Assembly (NCBI GenBank): GCA_965248195.1
Contig: CBDFIQ010000001.1
Span: forward strand, 672,001 to 736,000
Direction: 5' to 3'
Source of the DNA: Longimicrobiales bacterium
GTDB lineage: Bacteria > Gemmatimonadota > Gemmatimonadetes > Longimicrobiales > Gaopeijiaceae
DNA length: 64,000 nucleotides
In this document: positions 57,436 through 64,000 of the stretch, one piece after another
Layout: each line of letters starts with the position of its first letter
Position numbering within the stretch: the stretch's first letter is position 1
Notes under the pieces: generated by a model
Databases searched by the model: none
The model's input: only the letters and a program-made list of their open reading frames with translations
Told to the model about the DNA's origin: nothing
Program-made: the position numbers and the translations under genes

Positions 57436-59231
57436 TGAGCACGACCACTGCGACGGAAACGCACGCCGGACCCGCTGAGCACCACGAGCTCGGCTTCATC
57501 CGGACGTACATTTTCTCTACCGATCACAAGATGATCGCGAGACAGTTCCTGTTCAGCGCGCTGCTGTTCCTGCTGCTGGGAGGATTGCTCGCGGTCATGG
57601 TTCGCTGGCAGCTCGGTTTCCCGGGACGACCCCTGCCCTCTTTCATAAGGGGTATCTTTCCGGACACCATGGCACCGGGCGGCATCATCCTACCGGAGTT
57701 CTACAATTCCCTGGTCACGATGCACGCCACTTTCATGGTGTTCTTCGCGCTCATGCCGCTCATGGCGGGGGTCTTCGGCAATCTCCTGATCCCGCTCCAG
57801 ATCGGTGCGGAGGACATGGCGTTCCCCCGGATCAACATGGCGTCCTTCTGGATCATGCCTGTCGCGGGATTCATCATGCTGGCGAGCTTCTTCGTCGAGG
57901 GAGGCGCCGCTGGAGCCGGTTGGACCTCCTATGCGCCGCTCAGCAGCTCGGGCGAGTGGACGGGCGTCTACATGGGCCAGATCCTCTGGCTGGTCTCTCT
58001 GATCGTGCTGGGCTTCTCCTCGATCCTGGGCGCTTTGAACTACGTCTCGACCGTGATCAACATGCGGGCGCCGGGGATGACGTGGTTCCGGATCCCGCTG
58101 GGCACGTGGTCGCTGTTCATCACCGCGTGGCTGCTTCTGTTGGCGATCCCGATTCTCACGGGCGGCCTGATTCTGCTCCTCTTCGATCAGACGCTCGGAA
58201 CGGCCTTCTTCCGCCCCGAGGGCAGCGGCGAGCCTCTCCTCTGGCAACACATTTTCTGGTTCTTCGGCCACCCCGAAGTGTACATCCTGATCCTTCCCGC
58301 GATGGGCTTCGTCTCCGAAGTGATCGCATGCCGGTCCCGGAAGCCGATCTTCGGCTACCACTCCATGGTGATCGCCTTGGTGTCCATCGCGTTCTTGTCA
58401 TGGGTCGTCTGGGGTCACCACATGTTCCAGAGCGGCATGAACCCGCTCCTCGGCATGACCTTCGTGGTGACGACGGTAGTGATCGCGGTCCCCTCGGCAA
58501 TCAAGGTATTCAACTGGTTGGGAACACTCTGGCGTGGGGACATCCACTTCGACGCGCCGCTCCTGCACGCGGTCGCGTTCGTGTCGCTCTTCATCATCGG
58601 AGGGCTGTCGGGGATGTTCATGGCCGCGGCTCCCGTCGACATCTACATCCACGACACGTACTTCATCGTGGCGCACCTCCACTACGTTCTGGTGGGTGGG
58701 AGCCTCTTCGGAATTTTCGCCGGGATTATCTTCTGGTATCCGAAGATGTTCGGCCGGATGATGCACGAGGGATGGGGCAAGGTGCACTTCGGGCTCTCGT
58801 TCCTCTTCTACAACCTGGCGTTCTTCCCGATGCACAATCTGGGTATACAGGGGATGATGCGCCGGATCTACGATCCCAACCAGTACGAGTTCCTACAGGG
58901 GCTACAGCCTCTGAATACCTTCATCTCGATCAGCATATTCCTCTTCGCGGCCACGCAGGTCATCTTCGCGTTCAACTTCCTGTGGAGCCTGCGCTACGGT
59001 AAGGTAGCCGGCAACAACCCCTGGAGGTCCAGCACGCTCTTGTGGACCACTCCATCTCCCCCGCCCCACGGCAACTTCCCGGAGATGCCCATCGTGTACC
59101 GCGGCCCATACGAGTACAGCCATCCTGACCGAGAGGAGGACTTCTGGCCTCAGGACGAGCCGCCCGAGATGAGCGAAGCGGGCGGACAGACGGTCGCATC
59201 CCCGACCCCCGAACCCGTTCCTGGAGACTGA
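57435..59231 (+). CDS. coxA: cytochrome c oxidase subunit I, type A1
   Basis: TDHK, TMHA, WFFGHPEVY, VWGHHMF, HDTYFIVAHLHY, GMMRR. Confidence 0.97.
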   Translation: MSTTTATETHAGPAEHHELGFIRTYIFSTDHKMIARQFLFSALLFLLLGGLLAVMVRWQLGFPGRPLPSFIRGIFPDTMAPGGIILPEFYNSLVTMHATFMVFFALMPLMAGVFGNLLIPLQIGAEDMAFPRINMASFWIMPVAGFIMLASFFVEGGAAGAGWTSYAPLSSSGEWTGVYMGQILWLVSLIVLGFSSILGALNYVSTVINMRAPGMTWFRIPLGTWSLFITAWLLLLAIPILTGGLILLLFDQTLGTAFFRPEGSGEPLLWQHIFWFFGHPEVYILILPAMGFVSEVIACRSRKPIFGYHSMVIALVSIAFLSWVVWGHHMFQSGMNPLLGMTFVVTTVVIAVPSAIKVFNWLGTLWRGDIHFDAPLLHAVAFVSLFIIGGLSGMFMAAAPVDIYIHDTYFIVAHLHYVLVGGSLFGIFAGIIFWYPKMFGRMMHEGWGKVHFGLSFLFYNLAFFPMHNLGIQGMMRRIYDPNQYEFLQGLQPLNTFISISIFLFAATQVIFAFNFLWSLRYGKVAGNNPWRSSTLLWTTPSPPPHGNFPEMPIVYRGPYEYSHPDREEDFWPQDEPPEMSEAGGQTVASPTPEPVPGD

Positions 59232-59234
59232 GGC

Positions 59235-59891
59235 ATGAGTCACGGAGCAGTCGCGACCATGGACCGCAAGCCCATGCCCGGGATGATGGTCTACAACAAG
59301 AAACTGGGCATGTGGGTGTTCCTGCTCAGCGAGGTCATGTTCTTTACGTCGTTGATCGGCACCTACGTTATCCTGCGCTTCGCCCATCCGGACCATTGGA
59401 CCGACGTGGGCGTCGTTCTCAACGTTCAGTTGACCGCATTGAATACATTTTTCCTGATCTGTTCCTCAGTGACGATGGTCAAAGCGTTCGCGGCCATACA
59501 GGAAGGGGATCAAAAGGGCCTCCAGAGGTGGTTGCTCGCCACGATCTTGATCGGAGCGTCCTTCGTAGGCATCCAACTTGTCGAGTACACCGCACTGGCG
59601 GGTGAGGGCTTTGTTCCGATGCTCGACTCCTACCATGCCGTGGGGCGCGGCAATCCGCACGAGGGTCCTTCCCTAGGCGGCCCGCTCTACGGAGCCACCT
59701 TCTATGCTATGACCGGGTTTCACGGGGCCCACGTTACGATCGGGGTTCTATGCTTGATTTTCGTTTACATCAGGTCGCTCCAGGGCGCTTACACGGCACA
59801 AAGCCTTGAGGGCGTGGAGGTGATCGGCCTCTACTGGCACTTCGTCGATCTCGTTTGGATTCTCCTGTTTACTATCGTCTACCTAATCTGA
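59235..59891 (+). CDS. coxC: cytochrome c oxidase subunit III
   Basis: FLLSEVMFF, SSVTM, TGFHGAHV, LYWHFVD. Confidence 0.95.
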   Translation: MSHGAVATMDRKPMPGMMVYNKKLGMWVFLLSEVMFFTSLIGTYVILRFAHPDHWTDVGVVLNVQLTALNTFFLICSSVTMVKAFAAIQEGDQKGLQRWLLATILIGASFVGIQLVEYTALAGEGFVPMLDSYHAVGRGNPHEGPSLGGPLYGATFYAMTGFHGAHVTIGVLCLIFVYIRSLQGAYTAQSLEGVEVIGLYWHFVDLVWILLFTIVYLI

Positions 59892-59904
59892 AGGCGGGAG
59901 CAAC

Positions 59905-60174
59905 ATGGAAGAGCAAGAACACGCGCACCCGCGCTATATCCTGATTTGGGTCATACTTCTCGTGCTCACGCTGGGCGAGTTAGGATACGCCTTCCTGGAT
60001 CTACCGAAGGTCGTATTGGCGGTGGGACTGATCCTCATGGCGATTTGGAAGGCGCTCTTGGTGGCGATGTATTACATGCATCTTCGGTATGAGCCGGCCC
60101 GACTGTGGATTCTGGCGATCTCTCCGCTTCCGTTGGCGGTCATCCTCGTTTTGGCGGTCATCACCGAGTTCTAG
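59905..60174 (+). CDS. coxD: cytochrome c oxidase subunit IV family
   Basis: Three TM helices, KALLVAMYYMHLRYE. Confidence 0.88.
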   Translation: MEEQEHAHPRYILIWVILLVLTLGELGYAFLDLPKVVLAVGLILMAIWKALLVAMYYMHLRYEPARLWILAISPLPLAVILVLAVITEF

Positions 60175-60193
60175 TCCCCACTAAAGGGTCGCG

Positions 60194-60240
60194 GAGGCCC
60201 GGACGGGAACCCATGGTTTCGGTCCGGGCTTCTGCTTGTT
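60194..60240 (+). terminator. putative intrinsic terminator after coxD
   Basis: gaggcccggac...gtccgggcttc stem followed by tgcttgtt. Confidence 0.55.
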
Positions 60241-60308
60241 ACCGTAGCTAGTGCAGTCGAGGCGGCCGAGCGCCGCCATCCCGTCGATTTTCGTCTGAGA
60301 TCACAGCC

Positions 60309-60431
60309 GTGGATAATGAAGGTCTGAGGCTCGGAATGCTCCTTGGCGGCCTCGTCATGGCCGGCGTGCCCGTGATCGTGGGCATCGCGGGAATAATCTT
60401 CCTCTTCAAGAAGTATCGCGAGGAGCGCTAG
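60309..60431 (+). CDS. small single-TM protein (40 aa; 31 aa from ATG 60336)
   Basis: Below the track cutoff. MDNEGLRLGMLLGGLVMAGVPVIVGIAGIIFLFKKYREER: one TM helix with a basic tail. Confidence 0.55.
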   Translation: MDNEGLRLGMLLGGLVMAGVPVIVGIAGIIFLFKKYREER

Positions 60432-60466
60432 CTAGCCGACCAGACGACCGAGCAAGGGGGTGCACC

Positions 60467-61429
60467 ATGAGCACGCGGTTTCGAGGCCTCGTTCCCCGCG
60501 GAGTAATCGCCGGAGTGATCGGCGCTACTGCGCTCGCTTTCTGGTTTTTGGTGATCGACGGCTCTCAGGGTGAGCCCTTCCGTACGCCGGGATTTCTGGG
60601 GGGTGCTCTCTTGGGCACCGACGCCCTCGAACCGCGCGCCGGTCCGGTCATTCTTTACACGCTCCTTCACTACGTCGCCTTCATCGGCGTCGGATTGGGC
60701 GTAGCGTGGTCCCTCTCCAAGATCCACACGACGCCGAACATTTTCCTGGGGCTGGTCCTCGGCTTCGGGCTCTACGATCTGGTCTTTTACACGGGCCTCA
60801 CGGTGACCGGGGTGGACGTCGTCGGCGAGTTCGGTTGGCCCCCCGTCCTGATGGGTAATCTGATCGCCGGTGTATCTCTCATGAGCTTTCTCCACTTCAC
60901 GGGTGCCAGGCCGCCCATATCGTGGTGGACAATCCTCGGCCAGAACAGGGTGTTCAAGGAGGGCCTGGTCGCGGGACTCGTCGGGGCGGGGACGATCGCG
61001 CTGTGGTTCTTCATCGTCGACATGGGACGAGGACAGCCCTTCTTCACACCGGGCGCGCTCGGCTCGGTGCTCTTTCTCGGCTCGACGGAGGCGACTGCCG
61101 TGAGCGTCTCGGTCGCAACCGTGGCCGGCTACAGCATCCTCCACATCGGCGCCTTCTTCGCCACAGGCTTCATCGCCGCCGCCATCGCCGGTTACGCTGA
61201 GGACACGCCTCCGCTCATCATCGGTGCGGTGATGCTCTTTGTGGCCTTCGAGGCCTTCTTCATGGCACTCATGGCCCTTTCGGCCGAGTTTCTACTCAGC
61301 GCCTTGGCTTGGTGGGCGATCGTGGTGGGTAACGTTCTAGCCACCTTGACCATGGGATCCTACCTCTGGGTCAAACACCCGAAACTACGGGAGGCGCTCG
61401 CGGCCAATCCGATGGACAAGACGGCCTGA
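60467..61429 (+). CDS. polytopic membrane protein with an internal two-fold repeat
   Basis: GVIAGVIGA...WFLVID...PFRTPG...YTLLHY is repeated as GLVAGLVGA...WFFIVD...PFFTPG...YSILHI. Confidence 0.8.
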   Translation: MSTRFRGLVPRGVIAGVIGATALAFWFLVIDGSQGEPFRTPGFLGGALLGTDALEPRAGPVILYTLLHYVAFIGVGLGVAWSLSKIHTTPNIFLGLVLGFGLYDLVFYTGLTVTGVDVVGEFGWPPVLMGNLIAGVSLMSFLHFTGARPPISWWTILGQNRVFKEGLVAGLVGAGTIALWFFIVDMGRGQPFFTPGALGSVLFLGSTEATAVSVSVATVAGYSILHIGAFFATGFIAAAIAGYAEDTPPLIIGAVMLFVAFEAFFMALMALSAEFLLSALAWWAIVVGNVLATLTMGSYLWVKHPKLREALAANPMDKTA

Positions 61430-61471
61430 GGGCGAAGTCCGTCGATTTGGGGAGTTCTACCCCCGTGGAGC

Positions 61472-61672
61472 CTACTCCTCGACGCCGAGGAAGCGCTTGA
61501 GGTGCCAGAGGTAGTAGGCCAGACCGGCCGTGAAAACGAAGAAGACTCCCGAGATCACCAGGGACCCGCTTCCCCCGCCTCTGGTGAACGCCAAGAGTTC
61601 GTAGGCGCCATATCCCGCACAAAACAAGATGGCGGCGGCGATGAGGACCCGATGAAAGCTGATGAGGGACAA
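61472..61672 (-). CDS. small two-TM membrane protein
   Basis: FHRVLI...FCAG...YYLWHL; GGAG upstream of the TTG start. Confidence 0.6.
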   Translation of the reverse strand: MSLISFHRVLIAAAILFCAGYGAYELLAFTRGGGSGSLVISGVFFVFTAGLAYYLWHLKRFLGVEE

Positions 61673-61792
61673 GCCGTGCGTCTCCGTTGGCGGATCGCCA
61701 GAAAGTGGCTACGTGCCTTCGAGTTCGATGCCCGTGATCGAGTCCGGACACCATAGGTTGCAGTCCGGACATCAAGATAGCGACGATCGCTC

Positions 61793-62770
61793 CTAGCCGG
61801 GGACCTCCTCGGAAAGAACGTGGCGAATCACTCTTCCGACGGCTTTTCTCTCCTTCAAGAACGCGTCATGCCCGAAGTTGGACGTGATACGAATCGTCCG
61901 TCCCGTGCCGGGTAACCGGCGCACCATTTCCGCGATCAGCCACGGAGGAACCAACGTATCCGAGTCGATGGATACGACGGTCGTCGGCACGTGAATAAGT
62001 GCCGGATCGACGTCGTGGAGGTCCAGCGACTGTGACAGAATCGCGAAGGCTCGTCCGTCGAAGTGCCGAATGAACATCTCTCCCTGAACCTTCAAGTACT
62101 TCTCCACAGCGAAGTGGGGGCTTCCCTCTTCCCAGATCGGGACCGATACGAACCGCTTCTCGAATTCCTCCGGAGTGCGGTAGGTGGTCATCGCGAGCTC
62201 ACGTGCGAGAGCCAGGCCCTCGGACTCCCGTCCCGCGTGGGCGGCCAACTCGACGATGCGGCGCTGGAGGGTCCGAAGGCCCGTGGCCATGGGATGAGAT
62301 CTGTGCGCCGCACAGAAAACCAGTAGGCGCGCCAAGCGGTCCGGATGGCGCGCCCCGAGAACAAGGCCCACCATTCCTCCGTAAGAGGCGCCCACGAATG
62401 CGTGTAGTTTTTCGATGCCGAGGTGATCGAGTACTACCTTCACCCCATCAGCCTGGTCCTCGGTGGTAACGACGGGGGTGCCCGGTCCGTTGGCCGGCAC
62501 CGACGACGCGCCCGACCCGCCGATATAATCGACGCCGATCACGCGATAGGACTCGGGGTCGAGATCAGCCCCGGGGCCGACCACACCGGGCCACCAACCA
62601 GGCGTGCCATCTTCATCACCACAAACGAAACGATGGGCAGAGATGCCGCCAAGGACCATCACAGCGGGTGCGTCCTCCGGGCCATACGAAGCGTAGGCCA
62701 CCCTCCCACCCTCATCCGACGAACCGGCCAACTCGACCGTCCCGAACCGGGCCCCCGTGACGGAGATCAT
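61793..62770 (-). CDS. metX: homoserine O-acyltransferase (MetX family)
   Basis: VLGGISA, GWW, GASYGGM nucleophile elbow, MTTYRT, GHDAFL; ATG 62770 with GGAGG; SAM riboswitch upstream. Confidence 0.9.
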   Translation of the reverse strand: MISVTGARFGTVELAGSSDEGGRVAYASYGPEDAPAVMVLGGISAHRFVCGDEDGTPGWWPGVVGPGADLDPESYRVIGVDYIGGSGASSVPANGPGTPVVTTEDQADGVKVVLDHLGIEKLHAFVGASYGGMVGLVLGARHPDRLARLLVFCAAHRSHPMATGLRTLQRRIVELAAHAGRESEGLALARELAMTTYRTPEEFEKRFVSVPIWEEGSPHFAVEKYLKVQGEMFIRHFDGRAFAILSQSLDLHDVDPALIHVPTTVVSIDSDTLVPPWLIAEMVRRLPGTGRTIRITSNFGHDAFLKERKAVGRVIRHVLSEEVPG

Positions 62771-62893
62771 GACCGCCTCCGGAACTCCATGTTGTTCTCC
62801 CGTTCCTATATGCAGCGGAACCAAGAGCACTGCCGGATGAAGCGGACTTGACCCGTAGGCCTCGGCGAGGAGAAGCCGCGGCTCGGACGCGCG

Positions 62894-63010
62894 TTCATCT
62901 GTCGGTGAACCTTAGTTCCCGCAGGACTTGGCACCTTTTCGGGAGTTGCGTGATCCCCCCGTAGGTTGCCCCGGCGTCTCAGGGCCTGCCCCTCAGCCGG
63001 TCTTGATGAT
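62894..63010 (-). ncRNA. SAM-I (S-box) riboswitch
   Basis: Minus strand reads AUCAUCAAGACCGGCUGAGGGGCAGGCCCUGAGACGCCGGGGCAACC...AAGGUGCCAAGUCCUGCGG...CCGACAGAUGAA, with the AUC/GAU P1, GAGGG/GGCCC, GCAACC and GGUGCcAA consensus elements; upstream of metX. Confidence 0.92.
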
Positions 63011-63047
63011 GCTTGGAGTGTACGAAGGGAGCCTCAGCGGGTCAACC

Positions 63048-63101
63048 GTGGGTTGCGGCCCGATGGTGGGTTGCGGCCCGATAGTGCGTTTCGGCTGGAC
63101 A
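63048..63101. repeat. 18-bp tandem repeat (gtgggttgcggcccgat x2 plus a degenerate third copy)
   Basis: Visible between the Trm112 stop and the riboswitch. Confidence 0.75.
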
Positions 63102-63102
63102 G

Positions 63103-63360
63103 TCAGGGCAGCTTGTCGAGCTCGATGGCCTCGTCGATCAACATGATCGGAATATCCTCCCGAACGGGATACAGGACCTTATCGTCCTCCCGGACAAGGC
63201 CCTCCTCCACCGGATCAGTCACCTCATCGCCGCCCCGATTGGTCACGTCTCCTGACCGGATCGCCTGATTCAGTCGGTCCAGAAGCTCGCCCCCGGCTGG
63301 GCGCACGGGTTGGTGGGTCTCAGGGCAGACTAGAATCTCGAGTAGCTCAGGATCGACCAT
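63103..63360 (-). CDS. Trm112 family protein
   Basis: LLEILVCP...YPVREDIPIML..EA. Confidence 0.88.
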   Translation of the reverse strand: MVDPELLEILVCPETHQPVRPAGGELLDRLNQAIRSGDVTNRGGDEVTDPVEEGLVREDDKVLYPVREDIPIMLIDEAIELDKLP

Positions 63361-63470
63361 GGGAACGCCTTCGCCTCAATCCCGGTAAGGAAGATAGGTT
63401 CGCTTCACGATGCGGAGCCTGACGCGGGAATCTATCATCCCGGCCGGCCGGTGGGGAGTCGCAACGAACA

Positions 63471-63956
63471 ATGAAATCGCTCATCTTCCTGCTCGCCACA
63501 GCCGCGGCGCTTCCACACGTGAATCCGAACGCGGACCTCCGGCCGGACCTAGTCACAGCGGCCAACCCGGCGACCACGGCCAACATGCCCGACGCGGCCA
63601 CGGCACTGGTCGTCTTCGGTAGTGATACGGTCCGCGCCGAAGTAGCGAATACGGCGGAGACGCGATCGCGGGGCCTCATGTACAGAGACGAGGTCCCGGA
63701 CGGTACGGGCATGCTTTTCGTTTTCGACAGGGAGGCAGAGCGGTCGTTCTGGATGCAAAATACGTACGTTGCGCTCGACGTGGCCTTTATCGACGCCAGC
63801 TTCAGGATCGTCGATATCCAGCAGATGGAGCCCGAAACCACCGACATCCATGATGGCGCGAGCCCCGCGATGTTCGCCCTCGAGGTTCGTCAAGGGTGGT
63901 TCGCAGAAAGGGGCATCGCGGTCGGCGACCGCTGCGAGTTCATTTTTTCGCCGTAG
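63471..63956 (+). CDS. DUF192 family secreted protein
   Basis: AEVA...RSRGLMYR, GMLFVF, FWMQNT, LDVAF, ALEV..GW. Confidence 0.9.
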   Translation: MKSLIFLLATAAALPHVNPNADLRPDLVTAANPATTANMPDAATALVVFGSDTVRAEVANTAETRSRGLMYRDEVPDGTGMLFVFDREAERSFWMQNTYVALDVAFIDASFRIVDIQQMEPETTDIHDGASPAMFALEVRQGWFAERGIAVGDRCEFIFSP

Positions 63957-64000
63957 ACTGCAGAGGGCCCTGGCCGCACCGCGGGTCCCGGCCGCCGCCG

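Noticed and set aside
1..64000. Mobile elements, prophage, tRNA or rRNA
   Set aside because: No transposase, integrase, phage or structural RNA signatures recognised by eye; a tRNA scan was not possible.

Overview
High-GC bacterial chromosome segment; gene content suggests Gemmatimonadota (inference). I found no rRNA, tRNA, CRISPR array or transposase. The left edge holds the 5' part of an ActA-type multiheme cytochrome (alternative complex III). Next come a MoxR/DUF58/transglutaminase operon, a luxE-luxC fatty-acid reductase pair without luciferase, and a broken Ig-repeat/LRR lipoprotein gene. Housekeeping genes include ypdA, skp, ygfZ-like, lon, ETF-QO, mutY and a selenocysteine-encoding selD (in-frame UGA plus SECIS-like hairpin). 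Two clusters stand out. (1) 33.7-42.1 kb: a sulfotransferase, two AlkP-superfamily phosphodiesterases, a Thr-type sulfatase-like lipoprotein, an RHH protein with an 'RLxxLGY' tail, and a DUF106/Oxa1-like membrane protein. (2) 42.5-60.2 kb: ferredoxin, Mrp/ApbC, an ABC exporter and three proteins that together carry four PCP_red-like modules (Zn-ribbon protein, tandem USP, AhbD-like radical SAM). These lead into a CydB-less CydA-like protein, an ActD-diheme cytochrome c fusion, further c/b cytochromes, a cupredoxin-like lipoprotein and an A1-type coxBACD. metX sits under a SAM-I riboswitch. Short tandem duplications at gene ends recur throughout, and several frameshifts lie in homopolymer runs (phase variation or assembly error). 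All product calls come from motif recognition by eye; no database search was run.
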